Shown here: in pieces, positions 18,466-28,589 of the stretch
Position numbering within the stretch: position 1 is the first letter of the stretch
Layout of the letters: every line of letters begins with the position of its first letter
DNA from: Actinomycetota bacterium
GTDB taxonomy: Bacteria > Actinomycetota > UBA4738 > HRBIN12
NCBI GenBank assembly: GCA_035288045.1
Contig: DATEBA010000052.1
Coordinates: 3,788-67,787, forward strand
Reading direction: 5' to 3'
DNA: 64,000 nt
Translations under genes and position numbers: made by a program
Notes under the pieces: generated by a model
What the model was told of the DNA's origin: nothing
Seen by the model: only the letters and a program-made list of their open reading frames with translations
Database searches by the model: none

Positions 18466-18627
18466 TCACGGCGGCCGCCCGCGCATCGTGCCGACCCAAA
18501 CGAACGGAACGAGGAGGATCAGACCGCCGAAGAGCTGGGGCGCGACGAAGACTCCGAGAAGCACGGACACAGTGGAGCAAGCGAGCCAGAAGAACGGGTT
18601 CCCCCACCACGGCCGCCGCGCAACCAC
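18466..18627 (-). CDS. Possible small two-helix membrane protein (53 aa) that is not in the ORF track
   Basis: Translated by hand as 'MVARRPWWGNPFFWLACSTVSVLLGVFVAPQLFGGLILLVPFVWVGTMRGRPP'. It has a GTG start and sits between the saccharopine-DH-like and LLM genes on the same strand. It is hydrophobic and Trp-rich, and unlike the Arg-rich antisense artifacts. Confidence 0.3.
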   Translation of the reverse strand: MVARRPWWGNPFFWLACSTVSVLLGVFVAPQLFGGLILLVPFVWVGTMRGRPP

Positions 18628-18647
18628 GCTTCCAGGCTATCGCGAGC

Positions 18648-19784
18648 TCAGGACAGCTCCGTCTGGAACGTGACGCCCTCGCGCTCGAGCTCGGCCATGA
18701 AGGATTCCGGGTCGAAGGCGGTCTCGGGTGGGTGCACGCCCGGAGCGACGCGCCCCTCGGCCATCCATCGCACGGCGACCGTAATCGGGAGCGCGGTTCC
18801 GAACGCGCCCGCGCTGATGCCCTCCGGCGTCGGGATCAGCTTCGCGAGCGCACGGTGGGTCGCGGCGGCGCCGTTCTTCTCACCGTCCACGCGAACGTCG
18901 AGGTACTCGACGTCGCGCGGCTGTCCCTCCGACGAGGGGAGCGCGTTGAGCACGGCCGTGAGGACCTCGCGGGGGACAACGGGTCCGCGTGGGGTTTCGA
19001 TAGGGTCGGCGCGCGCCATCCCGATCCTCGTGAGGAACGCGAACCCCTCGTGGATAGCATGCGGGAGCGCGAGCCGCCAGCGCACGTCGCGAACGCCGGG
19101 GATCGTCGAGGCAAGCGTTGCCGGCTCCGAGTGCAGCGTGTACATCGCCGGCTGCTTGCCGACCGGTTCGGGGAACTCCCACTCGACCACGCCAGACCCG
19201 GCCGGGACCTCCCGTATCTCGCCCTCCTCGAACACCATCGCCGGCATCGTGAACTCGTCGATCACCGTCTCGACGGAGTAGGGAACCCCGAAGCCACCCT
19301 CGCCCTCCTCGATCGCGCCGTCGACCAGGTCGATCGAGATGGCCCGGTCGAGACGGTCGGCTCCGAGCTTCGCCAGCACGTTCGTTAGTCCGGGCGCCGA
19401 GCCGATGCCGAGCACCGCCGAGACGCCGGCCTCGCGGTAGCGCCCGTCCAGCTCGAGCTGCTTGAGCGTCGTGTGGAACAGCCCGCCGAGGTCCGCGTAG
19501 TGACAGCCGGCGCTCAGCGCGGCCTCCATCACCCGCAAGTTCAGCTTGTAGGGGAGGCACGCGGCGACCGCCTGCTGTGTCTTCAGGATCTCGGTCAGCT
19601 CCCCAGAGGTCGCGTCGAAGCCTCGGGCCTCGCCGGCGCCGATGGTCTCGACGACGCTCCGGGCTCTCTCCGCATCGACGTCCAGCACGAGAAGCTCGAC
19701 CTCATCGGCGTGGCGGGCGAGCAGCCGGGCGCCCGCGCTTCCCATCGCGCCGGCGCCCAGCACCGCGATCCTCATCTCGCCCAT
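18648..19784 (-). CDS. Saccharopine dehydrogenase NADP-binding domain family oxidoreductase
   Basis: The N-terminal Rossmann motif is 'IAVLGAGAMGSAGARLL'. The overall length and pattern match Sacchrp_dh_NADP/C proteins. Confidence 0.7.
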   Translation of the reverse strand: MGEMRIAVLGAGAMGSAGARLLARHADEVELLVLDVDAERARSVVETIGAGEARGFDATSGELTEILKTQQAVAACLPYKLNLRVMEAALSAGCHYADLGGLFHTTLKQLELDGRYREAGVSAVLGIGSAPGLTNVLAKLGADRLDRAISIDLVDGAIEEGEGGFGVPYSVETVIDEFTMPAMVFEEGEIREVPAGSGVVEWEFPEPVGKQPAMYTLHSEPATLASTIPGVRDVRWRLALPHAIHEGFAFLTRIGMARADPIETPRGPVVPREVLTAVLNALPSSEGQPRDVEYLDVRVDGEKNGAAATHRALAKLIPTPEGISAGAFGTALPITVAVRWMAEGRVAPGVHPPETAFDPESFMAELEREGVTFQTELS

Positions 19785-19853
19785 CCTCGTCTCCTCGTAC
19801 GAGGTCGCCCGGGCTCTGCCCGGGCGACCCCTCGCTCGTCCCGGCTCGCTCGC

Positions 19854-21281
19854 CTACAGCGGCACGTGGGACAAGACCATGATCCTCGGCTCCGTCATCT
19901 CCTCCATCGCGAACCGAAGTCCCTCCCGGCCGAAGCCGGAGTCCTTCGATCCGCCGTAGGGCATCTGGTCGGCACGGAACGCCGAAACGTCGTTCACGAT
20001 CACGCCACCGACTTCGAGCGTCCGGTGGGCCTGGAACGCGCGGATGACGTCGTTCGTGAATACCCCGGCCTGCAGCCCGAACCTGGAGTCGTTCACGGCG
20101 GCGAGCGCCTCCTCGAAGGTCTGGTAAGGCATGATCGTGACGACCGGCCCGAAGACCTCATCGCGGCAGACCTTCATCTCCGGCGTGACCTGCGAGAGCA
20201 GGGTCGGCTGGTAGAACGGCGAATTGGCCTTTCCGCCGGTCAGCACCTCGGCGCCCTGGCCCACGGCCTCCTTCACCCAGCCATCGATCCGGTCGACCTC
20301 CTTGCGCTGGATGACCGGCCCCACGTCGACGGTCGGGTCCATCGGGTCCCCGACCTTGAGCGACTCGACCTGCTTCACGAGACGCGCGGCGAAGTCCTCG
20401 TAGACCTCGGACTGGACCATGACCCGCTGGACGCTGATGCAGCTCTGCCCCGCCTGGTAGTAGCCACCGAAAGCCACCCGCTGCGCGGCCAGGTCGAGAT
20501 CGGCGTCGGAGTGGACGATCACCCCAGCGTTCCCGCCCAGCTCGAGCGTGACTCGCTTCTTCGGGTCCAGGCTCTTCAGGTACCAACCGATCTCCGCCGA
20601 GCCGGTGAAGGAGATCTTCCGGTACCGCTCGTCGCGGGCCATCCCGTCTGCGACCGATGAACCGACCGGCAGCACCTGGTACATGCCTTTTGGGAGGTCG
20701 GTCTCGGCGAACAGCGCGGCCAGCCGGAGGGCGCCAAGCGGCGTCGCGCTCGCCGGCTTCACCACGATTGGCGCCCCGACGGCCAGCGCCGGCGCAACCT
20801 TGTGGGCAACGAGGTTGAGCGGGAAGTTGAACGGCGTGATGCCGAGCACCGGCCCGATCGGGAACCGCCTCAGGAGGCCTATCCGGGACCCGAGCGAGGC
20901 CTCGGTGTCAAGACGCATCAGCTCGTCGTCGCCACGCCGGAGCACCTCGCTCGCCCAACGGAACGTCGACACCGCCCGCGCGGCCTCGGCCTTGGCCCAC
21001 TTGAGCGGCTTCCCCCCCTCCCGGGCGATGATCTCGGCGTTCTCGTCGACCGTATCCGAGAGGCGGCGCGAGATGTGGTCGAGCGCCTCCGAGCGTACGT
21101 GCACCGGGAGATGTGCGCTCTCCTCGAAGGTGGAGGCAGCCGCAGCCGCGGCCTCCTCGGCGTCCGCGTCGGTGGGGATGCCCACCTCGGCGACCACGAC
21201 GTCGTCGTAGGGGCTCCTCACCTCGAAGGTGCCCTCGCCCGAGCGCCACTCGCCGGCTACCAGGAACTGTTCCGTGGCCAT
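19854..21281 (-). CDS. NAD(P)-dependent aldehyde dehydrogenase
   Basis: Has the ALDH signatures 'LELGGNAG' and 'FTGSAEIG' and the catalytic Cys in 'GQSCIS'. Confidence 0.85.
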   Translation of the reverse strand: MATEQFLVAGEWRSGEGTFEVRSPYDDVVVAEVGIPTDADAEEAAAAAASTFEESAHLPVHVRSEALDHISRRLSDTVDENAEIIAREGGKPLKWAKAEAARAVSTFRWASEVLRRGDDELMRLDTEASLGSRIGLLRRFPIGPVLGITPFNFPLNLVAHKVAPALAVGAPIVVKPASATPLGALRLAALFAETDLPKGMYQVLPVGSSVADGMARDERYRKISFTGSAEIGWYLKSLDPKKRVTLELGGNAGVIVHSDADLDLAAQRVAFGGYYQAGQSCISVQRVMVQSEVYEDFAARLVKQVESLKVGDPMDPTVDVGPVIQRKEVDRIDGWVKEAVGQGAEVLTGGKANSPFYQPTLLSQVTPEMKVCRDEVFGPVVTIMPYQTFEEALAAVNDSRFGLQAGVFTNDVIRAFQAHRTLEVGGVIVNDVSAFRADQMPYGGSKDSGFGREGLRFAMEEMTEPRIMVLSHVPL

Positions 21282-21326
21282 GCCGAACTCACCACCGATC
21301 GCGTTCGCGTCGGAGAACCGACGCCC

Positions 21327-22769
21327 TCAGTCGAGCGCCCACATCACGTGCTTGATCTGCGTGTAGTCCTCCAGCGAGTACATCGACATGTCCTTGCCGT
21401 ATCCGCTCTCCTTGTACCCGCCGTGGGGCATCTCGGCCGTGATCATGAAGTGGGTGTTCACCCAGACCGCCCCGAACTGCAGCCTGCGGGCCGCCCGCAT
21501 CGCTCGCCCGGCGTCCCGGGTCCATACCGAGGCCGCCAGCCCGTACACCACGTCGTTCGCCCACTTCACGGCCTCGTCGTCGTCGCTGAAGCGCTGAACC
21601 GTGACCACGGGGCCGAAGACCTCCTGCTGGACGATCTCCGACTTCTGGTCGACGTCGGTGACGACGGTCGGCTTGTAGTAGAAGCCCTTGCCGGGCATCT
21701 CCTCGCCACCGGTGAGCACCTTTGCGCCCGAGTCCTGCGCGCGGTCGACGAACCTCTTGACGCTCTCGCGCTGCCTCGCAGACACGAGGGGCCCCACCTC
21801 GACCTCCTCGTCGGTGATGTCCCCGACCTTGATCGACTCGACCGCCGGCACGAGCTCGGAGAGCAGGTCCTCGTAGATCCCGGGACCCGCCACGACCCGG
21901 CAGGAAGCCGTGCAGTCCTGGCCGGTGTTCGCGTAGCCGCCGAACTTGAGGGCCTCGATCACGGACTCGAGGTTCGCGTCGTCGAACACCACCACAGGCG
22001 CCTTCCCGCCGAGCTCGAGGTGGGCGCGCTTCACGGTCTGCGCCGCGTTCGCCGCGATGGTCTTGCCGGTGGCCGTGTCACCGGTGACCGACACCAGCCG
22101 CACGGCCGGATGCTTCGTGATCTGGTCACCGATAACCGAGCCCCGTCCGGTTACCACGTTCAGCACCCCGGGCGGCAGGATGTCCTGGGACAGCTCGGCC
22201 AACCGGAGCGTCGTGAGGGGCGTGATCTCCGCGGGCTTGAGCACCGAGGTGTTCCCCGCGGCGAGCGCCGGGCCGACCTTCCAGATCGCCATCATGAGCG
22301 GGTAGTTCCAGGGACAGATACCTGCGGTCACCCCTAGGGGCTCGCGACGGATGATGCTCGTGAAGCCGCGCTCGTATTCCCCGGACGACTTGCCCTCCTG
22401 GACCCTGGCCGCCCCGGCGAAGAAGCGAAGGTTGTCCACGATGAAGGGCACGTCGGCCTTGGCGACCGCGATCGGCTTGCCGACGTCGATCGACTCCAGG
22501 TACGCGAGGTTGTCGGCGTCTTTCTCCATCGCGTCCGCGAGCTTCAACATCATGTCCGCCCGCTCCTTGGGCGGGGTGTCGAACCACACCTCGTCGTATG
22601 CCTTCTGCGCGGCCTCGACGGCGCGGTCGGCGTCCTCACGGGTCGCTACGGCGACCTCCGCGACGGTCTCCTCGGTCGCCGGGTTGATGTCGGGCTCCCT
22701 CTCGCCAGTCGCGGAGCCAACCCACTCGCCCCCGATGTACAACTTCCAGGACCTCACGTCGGTGGCCAT
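21327..22769 (-). CDS. NAD(P)-dependent aldehyde dehydrogenase (aminobutyraldehyde/betaine-aldehyde DH-like)
   Basis: Has 'LELGGKAP' and 'VTGDTATG' and the catalytic Cys in 'GQDCTAS'. This is a second, diverged ALDH paralog in tandem. Confidence 0.85.
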   Translation of the reverse strand: MATDVRSWKLYIGGEWVGSATGEREPDINPATEETVAEVAVATREDADRAVEAAQKAYDEVWFDTPPKERADMMLKLADAMEKDADNLAYLESIDVGKPIAVAKADVPFIVDNLRFFAGAARVQEGKSSGEYERGFTSIIRREPLGVTAGICPWNYPLMMAIWKVGPALAAGNTSVLKPAEITPLTTLRLAELSQDILPPGVLNVVTGRGSVIGDQITKHPAVRLVSVTGDTATGKTIAANAAQTVKRAHLELGGKAPVVVFDDANLESVIEALKFGGYANTGQDCTASCRVVAGPGIYEDLLSELVPAVESIKVGDITDEEVEVGPLVSARQRESVKRFVDRAQDSGAKVLTGGEEMPGKGFYYKPTVVTDVDQKSEIVQQEVFGPVVTVQRFSDDDEAVKWANDVVYGLAASVWTRDAGRAMRAARRLQFGAVWVNTHFMITAEMPHGGYKESGYGKDMSMYSLEDYTQIKHVMWALD

Positions 22770-22953
22770 GCTGACCTCCCCTCCATACGGGACTGGGGCC
22801 TCTTCGCGGCCCGCAACGGATAAGTATGCCGCTCCGCGCGCGAACCCGCGACCCGACGTTCCGGCTGCCGCAGTCGGCGCGCCTGTACGGAGGGGACAAC
22901 GCCTCCCTGGCGCCCAGGCGCCGACCGGCGTACCGTCAGCGTGGGGGTGGGCA

Positions 22954-23385
22954 TTGCGACGCTACCTGATCCTCGCCAACCGGACGCTCGGCGGCGGGCG
23001 CCTGGCGGACAAGGTCCGGGAGCTGATACAGCTGGGGCCCTGCGGATTCCACGTGCTGGTTCCGGCCACCCCGCCCTCAAACCACCCCTGGACGGAGGGA
23101 GAGACGCTGGCCGCGGCCCGCGTCCGCTTGCGGGCGGCGCTTGCTCGCCTCCACGATCTGGGCGTCGAGGCCGACGGCGAGATCGGGGACGCGAGACCGA
23201 TCCAGGCGGTGGCCGACCTGATCGAGCGGGGCGAGCGCTTCGACGAGATCGTGGTCTCGACGCTTCCCCCCGGCCCCTCCCGGTGGCTGAGGATGGACCT
23301 GCCGCGGCGGATCGAGGCGCAGTTCGGGATCCCGGTCATCCACGTCGTCGGCGAGCCCGAGCCGGCCCACGTCCGACGGCCCTAG
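22954..23385 (+). CDS. Hypothetical protein, possibly a short universal-stress-protein-like alpha/beta fold
   Basis: The product starts '[13 protein letters not shown]...FHVLVPATP' and ends 'GIPVIHVVG', which resembles the USP strand pattern. A TTG start is placed at 22954 and is uncertain. Confidence 0.35.
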   Translation: MRRYLILANRTLGGGRLADKVRELIQLGPCGFHVLVPATPPSNHPWTEGETLAAARVRLRAALARLHDLGVEADGEIGDARPIQAVADLIERGERFDEIVVSTLPPGPSRWLRMDLPRRIEAQFGIPVIHVVGEPEPAHVRRP

Positions 23386-24938
23386 GAGTCAGACTGGGCG
23401 GCGAGCAGCTCGCGCGCCCGGAGCGCGAGCCAGAACTCCATACGGTCGAACGAGCTCGAGAGGTCGCGCCCGGTGAGCTCCTCCACCTTGCGCATGCGGT
23501 AGCGCAGCGTGTGGCGGTGAACGTACAGGTGGGCCGCGGCGGTCTCCCAGCGCGCGTTGTGCTGGAGGAACGCCTGGAGCGACGGGAGCAGCTCACCGCC
23601 GTGGTCCTCGTCGTAGGAGTCGAGGGGAACGAGGAGCGAGTCGGCGAACGCCCGCAGAGCATCCGGCTCGGACATCGACAGCAGTAGTCGGTAGGTGCCG
23701 AGATCCTCGAACCCGGCTGAGGCCCATCCCTCGAGGCGGCAGACCTGCAGGGCGTACCTCGCCTCCCGGAAGCTCCGCCCCACCTCGTCTGCCGCGACCG
23801 TGCTCCCCGAGCCGGCTCGGACCTCCGTTCCGACACGCGAGCCTATGCCCTTGCACAGATCGCCCAGGTCGCGGTCCCCGTCCGCGGGCACGAGCACGTT
23901 TGCCCCGGACGCGTGCGGGGAGACGAGGAATCCCCCGCCCTCGCGGGAGAAAAGGTCCTCGGCGGCGTGCGTCAGGTCGGGGGGATCTCCGCCCTCGAGC
24001 GACACCGCAACGACCTCGGCCCCCTTGGCGAAACCGAACCGCGCGAGGCCGCGCGTGGCCTCTGCCAGCGACAGCTGACCTTGCACGAGCTCCTGGAAGA
24101 AGTCCCCCTGCAGCTTCCGCTCGGCATCCGCGACGGCCTTTGCCTTCGCCAGCTCGATGGCGAAGAGCGAGAGCGCGTGGCCGGCGACGATGCGGTCCGT
24201 CTGCCCTAGAGACTCCGGCTTGCCGACGGCGAGGAACGCCTCGACCCTGCCCTGAGCCCCGACGGGCTGAATCCACACGTGATGACCGCGGTCCACGAGG
24301 GTCAGGCTGAAGCCGATCCCCTCCGGACGCGACCGCCGGAGCTCGTCCCACACGCGCTCGCTCCGGAGCTGCGCGTTCCTCGAGGTCGCCGCGAGGGGCA
24401 TCCCGTGCAAGTCCAGAAGCAGTGCCCACCCCTTCACCACGTTCGCGAGCGAATCCGCGATGCCTTCGACGCCGCGCCCGTCCATCACCGCACGAGTGAG
24501 GATCTGCTCGGACTCGACCGCCCTGTGGAGCACGTCGAACTGCTCGGCGGCCAGCCGGGTAAAGACCGCCTCGGTGATGGCTATGAACGGGACCGGGTAC
24601 GGGACCTCGAACAGCGGGAATCCTGACTCCTGGGCGGTCGTGACCAGCGCCTTCGGCACGCGGTCGTGGGATATCCCCAGACCGAACCCGAGGCCGACGC
24701 TGCCGGCCTCCATGAGCCTGCGCAGGTACGAGCGCTGCCTGGCAGGCGAGGCGCCGACGAGCGACATGCCCGTCGTCAACAACAGCTCCCCGCCCTTCAG
24801 CCAGGGCGTCGGATCCTCCAGCTCGGTCGAGTGCACCCATCGGATCGGGCGTTCGACGCCGGCCTCTCCGGCAAGGAGCCGTAGAGCAAGGCCGGGCACC
24901 GCAAGGATGTCCCGGATAGTGACCGCCATCCCGGCCAT
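23382..24938 (-). CDS. PucR/CdaR family transcriptional regulator (purine/GABA catabolism regulator-like)
   Basis: The C-terminal PucR HTH is 'LQAFLQHNARWETAAAHLYVHRHTLRYRMRKVEELTG'. An N-terminal PucR-like ligand domain is present. The gene is divergent from gabT. Confidence 0.8.
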   Translation of the reverse strand: MAGMAVTIRDILAVPGLALRLLAGEAGVERPIRWVHSTELEDPTPWLKGGELLLTTGMSLVGASPARQRSYLRRLMEAGSVGLGFGLGISHDRVPKALVTTAQESGFPLFEVPYPVPFIAITEAVFTRLAAEQFDVLHRAVESEQILTRAVMDGRGVEGIADSLANVVKGWALLLDLHGMPLAATSRNAQLRSERVWDELRRSRPEGIGFSLTLVDRGHHVWIQPVGAQGRVEAFLAVGKPESLGQTDRIVAGHALSLFAIELAKAKAVADAERKLQGDFFQELVQGQLSLAEATRGLARFGFAKGAEVVAVSLEGGDPPDLTHAAEDLFSREGGGFLVSPHASGANVLVPADGDRDLGDLCKGIGSRVGTEVRAGSGSTVAADEVGRSFREARYALQVCRLEGWASAGFEDLGTYRLLLSMSEPDALRAFADSLLVPLDSYDEDHGGELLPSLQAFLQHNARWETAAAHLYVHRHTLRYRMRKVEELTGRDLSSSFDRMEFWLALRARELLAAQSDS

Positions 24939-25104
24939 TGTACGGGCAGTACAAAGCGCGCCGCCAGGGCCTCCTCACCGCGCTCCGCGATGGACGGACC
25001 GTACAAAGCCCCGAGGGAGGCTTGGTCCCGGAGCCGCCTGACAGGCTCGCCGGCCGGCCCGAAACTCGGCTGAGGCAGGTCGGCGAAGCAGAGAGGGAGA
25101 GCTC

Positions 25105-26442
25105 ATGGACATCCCGCAGGAGCGCAAGGTAGTGACCGAGATCCCCGGGCCCAGGTCCAAGGAGCTGTTCGCCCGCAGGCAGACAGCCGTGCCCCGCGGG
25201 GTTTTCAACATCCACCCGATCGTCAGCGCGCGCGCCTCGGGAGCGATAATCGAGGACGTCGACGGGAACCGGCTGATCGACTTCGCGACCGGCATCGCCG
25301 TGCTGAACGTCGGACATGCCTCCCCAGCGGTCGTGGAAGCCGCCCAGCGCCAACTCGAGCTCGATACCCACACCTGCTTCCACGTGACGGCCAACGAACC
25401 CTACATCGCGCTCGCGGAGCGGCTGAACGCGCTTGCCCCGGGAGACTTCGAGAAGAGGACGATGTTCGCGAACTCGGGCGCTGAGGCCGTCGAGAACGCG
25501 ATCAAGATCGCACGGTACGCGACTAAGCGGCCGGCCGTCGTCACGTTCGACCACGCGTTCCACGGGCGAACCCTCCTCGCGATGTCGCTAACGGCCAAGG
25601 TGATGCCCTACAAGCAGGGATTCGGGCCGTTCGCACCGGAGGTCTATCGCCTGCCGTTCGCCTACCCCTACCGCTGGCCGAGCGGTCCCGAGCGCTGCGC
25701 GGAGGAGGCGCTCGCGTATGCGCTCGACGAGATCCACAAGCACGTGGGCGAGGAGAACATCGCCGCGATCATCACCGAGCCGATCCAGGGCGAGGGCGGA
25801 TTCATCGTCCCCGCTCCGGGGTTCCTGAAGGGGCTCGCGGACTTCGCCAAGGAGCACGGCATCTTGTTCGTGGCGGACGAGATCCAGAGCGGGATGGGCC
25901 GCGCCGCCCGATGGTTCGCGATCGAGGACGAGGGGGTCGTTCCCGACATCATCACCTCGGCGAAGTCGCTCGGCGGCGGACTCCCGATCTCCGCGGTCAC
26001 CGGGATGGCCGACGTGATGGACGCGGTCCACGCCGGCGGCCTCGGGGGCACATACGGCGGAAACCCCGTGGCGGCGGCGGCCGCGCTCGCGGTCATCGAC
26101 CAGATCGAGCGCGAAGGCCTCCTCGAGCGCTCGCGCGCGCTCGGTGAGCACGTGCTCTCACGGCTCCGCGAGATGCAGGGACGGCACGAGGTGATCGGCG
26201 AGGTCAGGGGACGCGGGATGATGACGGCGGTCGAGCTCGTGAACGACCGCACCACGAAGGAGCCGCTGGACAGCCCCGCGGGCAGCGCGATCGTGCAGCG
26301 ATGCCTGCAGGACGGTGTCGTCATCCTCAAGGCAGGGACCTACGACAACGTGATCCGGCTCCTCCCGCCACTCACGATCGAGGAGAGCCTGCTCGACGAC
26401 GGCCTGGACGTCCTGGACGAGGCGATCGCCGCGACCACGTAG
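25105..26442 (+). CDS. gabT: 4-aminobutyrate aminotransferase (class III PLP aminotransferase)
   Basis: Has 'DEIQSGMGR' and the PLP lysine in 'ITSAKSLGGG', at 445 aa. Confidence 0.8.
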   Translation: MDIPQERKVVTEIPGPRSKELFARRQTAVPRGVFNIHPIVSARASGAIIEDVDGNRLIDFATGIAVLNVGHASPAVVEAAQRQLELDTHTCFHVTANEPYIALAERLNALAPGDFEKRTMFANSGAEAVENAIKIARYATKRPAVVTFDHAFHGRTLLAMSLTAKVMPYKQGFGPFAPEVYRLPFAYPYRWPSGPERCAEEALAYALDEIHKHVGEENIAAIITEPIQGEGGFIVPAPGFLKGLADFAKEHGILFVADEIQSGMGRAARWFAIEDEGVVPDIITSAKSLGGGLPISAVTGMADVMDAVHAGGLGGTYGGNPVAAAAALAVIDQIEREGLLERSRALGEHVLSRLREMQGRHEVIGEVRGRGMMTAVELVNDRTTKEPLDSPAGSAIVQRCLQDGVVILKAGTYDNVIRLLPPLTIEESLLDDGLDVLDEAIAATT

Positions 26443-26481
26443 CGCCCGCGCGGGGGGCGCTGCTGCTAACGTGCCCGCACC

Positions 26482-27717
26482 GTGAGGGTGCGCCGGTTCG
26501 CCATAGACCTCTCGCCGCTACGCGTCTCGCGGGACTTCAGGCGGATCTGGGTCGGGCTGCTCGTCTCGGAGATCGGGTGGCAGTTCTCGCTCGTGGCGGT
26601 GTTCGTGCAGGTGAACCGCCTCACACACTCTGCCGCGGCGGTCGGTCTCACGGGACTTGTCTGGCTCGTGGCGCTCATGGCCGGCTCGTTGCTGGGTGGG
26701 ACGATCCTCGACGCGTACGACCGGAGGAAGCTGCTGATCGGCTCTCAGGTCGGGTTCGCGCTCGCCTCCGGCGTGCTCCTGGCCGGCGCGCTCATGGGGC
26801 GGCCGCCTCTGGCGCTCATCTACGGCGCGATAGCCGTGACCGCCGCGCTCTCCGCGATCGACGGCCCGACGCGCTCGGCCATGACGCCGCGGCTCGTCGG
26901 CCGCGAGCTGATCCCCGCGGCCCAGGCGCTCAATCAGGTGATCTGGAACGGCACCGGGCTCGTCGGCCCCGCGCTCGCCGGCCTCGTCATCCAGCGCTTC
27001 GACCTCGCCTGGGCCTTCGGGATCGACCTCGCGACCTACGGCGCCATGCTCGCTGCGGCGCTCGCCATCCGGCCGATGCCGCCCGATCGGGGCGAGCACT
27101 CGGCGACCGGGTGGGCGGCGGTGCGCGAGGGGTTCGGCTACCTCCGGGGCAGGAGGATGTTGCGATCGACGTTCGCGATAGACCTCGTCGCCATGATCTT
27201 CGGGATGCCGCGAGCGCTGTTCCCCATCCTCGCGACGACCCGCTTCCACGGCGGGGACGCCGTCGTCGGATATCTCTTCGCGGCCCCGGCGGTGGGCGCG
27301 TTCCTCGGCGCACTGACCGGTGGGTGGGTACGCGGGGTCAGCCGCCAGGGAACCGCGGTGCTCTGGGCCGTCGTCGCCTGGGGCGCGGGGATCGCCGCGT
27401 TCGGGCTTGCGGGTGACGACCTCCCGCTGGCCGTCGTCTTCCTGGCCTTCGCCGGCGCCGCCGACGTGGTGTCGGCGATCTTCCGAAGCACGATCCTGCA
27501 GGTGACGGTCCCGGATCACCTCCGGGGGAGGCTCTCGGGGATACATATCCTCGTCGTAACCGGCGGCCCACGACTCGGCGACCTGGAGGCCGGGCTCGTC
27601 GCGCAGTGGTTCACCCCTGCGATCTCGGTCGTCTCCGGCGGGATCCTCTGCATCGTCGGTGCGGCGGCGGTCGCGCTCGCCTACCCGGAGCTCCGCCGCT
27701 ACCGAGCAGGCACCTGA
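26482..27717 (+). CDS. MFS transporter (EntS/MFS_3-like)
   Basis: Has 12 predicted transmembrane helices. The motif 'LLGGTILDAYDRRKLL' is an MFS loop 2-3 signature. Confidence 0.75.
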   Translation: MRVRRFAIDLSPLRVSRDFRRIWVGLLVSEIGWQFSLVAVFVQVNRLTHSAAAVGLTGLVWLVALMAGSLLGGTILDAYDRRKLLIGSQVGFALASGVLLAGALMGRPPLALIYGAIAVTAALSAIDGPTRSAMTPRLVGRELIPAAQALNQVIWNGTGLVGPALAGLVIQRFDLAWAFGIDLATYGAMLAAALAIRPMPPDRGEHSATGWAAVREGFGYLRGRRMLRSTFAIDLVAMIFGMPRALFPILATTRFHGGDAVVGYLFAAPAVGAFLGALTGGWVRGVSRQGTAVLWAVVAWGAGIAAFGLAGDDLPLAVVFLAFAGAADVVSAIFRSTILQVTVPDHLRGRLSGIHILVVTGGPRLGDLEAGLVAQWFTPAISVVSGGILCIVGAAAVALAYPELRRYRAGT

Positions 27718-27718
27718 C

Positions 27719-28558
27719 TCACGCCGCGCGCAGCCTGCGCATTAGGTCGCCGTCCAACCGAGCCAGGAACCCAACCATCGCCCGGCCCGTCCGCACGAGG
27801 TCGCGCGGCTCGAGGTTCCGCGGGGTGTCCGAGGGCGAGTGGTAGTCGGGCTCATCGCCGCTCCACAGGAATGCTCCCGGTATCCCCGCCCGCTCGAACG
27901 GGCCGTGGTCGGAGCAGTCGCACCCAAGGTCGAACACCGCCCTTATCCCCGCTCGCCCGAACGTCCGAACGAGGATCCTCGCTAGCAACTTCGGCGCCAT
28001 GCCCGTGGTCGAGACGATCAGCGGCCGACCGTCGGCGATCATGTCGACCGAAACCATCCCGGGAGTTCGGCTCACACCCGCACTGCCGAGCCGGCGCACG
28101 TGCGTCGCCGATCCGACGTGATGGCGGCCGTCGTCGCCGTACTCCTCCGAACCGAAAGCGACGAATCGGAGGAACCTGGCCTCCGTCGTTCCCGCGGCGA
28201 TCCGCGCCAGCTCCAATACCACGGCTACCCCCGAGGCGTTGTCGTTCGCCCCCGGTGACCCGGGTACGGTGTCCATGTGCCCCCCGATCACCAGCGGGTG
28301 CTCGACGGCACCGGGCCACCAAGCGACCACGTTCCGCGATCTGCGCCCGTCGACGCCGAACCGCTGGATCTTGACCCGATAGCCGAGCCGATCGAACTCC
28401 CGCGCGACGTACCGCGAAGCACGCTTCTCTGCGCGGGACCCGCGGACCCGCGGCCCGATGCCGCTCGCGAGACGCCGCACGTGCCCCATCGCCTTGGAGC
28501 GGGAGAAGTCGGAGCCCGACGCGGCGGAAGGGCTCGCCGCGAGGACCGCCAGCGTCAC
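27719..28558 (-). CDS. M28 family zinc peptidase (secreted aminopeptidase-like)
   Basis: The Zn ligands are in 'GHMDTV', 'NDNASG' and 'GSEEYG'. The N-terminal signal-like segment is 'MTLAVLAASPSAASG'. Confidence 0.75.
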   Translation of the reverse strand: MTLAVLAASPSAASGSDFSRSKAMGHVRRLASGIGPRVRGSRAEKRASRYVAREFDRLGYRVKIQRFGVDGRRSRNVVAWWPGAVEHPLVIGGHMDTVPGSPGANDNASGVAVVLELARIAAGTTEARFLRFVAFGSEEYGDDGRHHVGSATHVRRLGSAGVSRTPGMVSVDMIADGRPLIVSTTGMAPKLLARILVRTFGRAGIRAVFDLGCDCSDHGPFERAGIPGAFLWSGDEPDYHSPSDTPRNLEPRDLVRTGRAMVGFLARLDGDLMRRLRAA

Positions 28559-28589
28559 CGCCAGGGCGAGCCACGCGCGCGGGCGCCTC

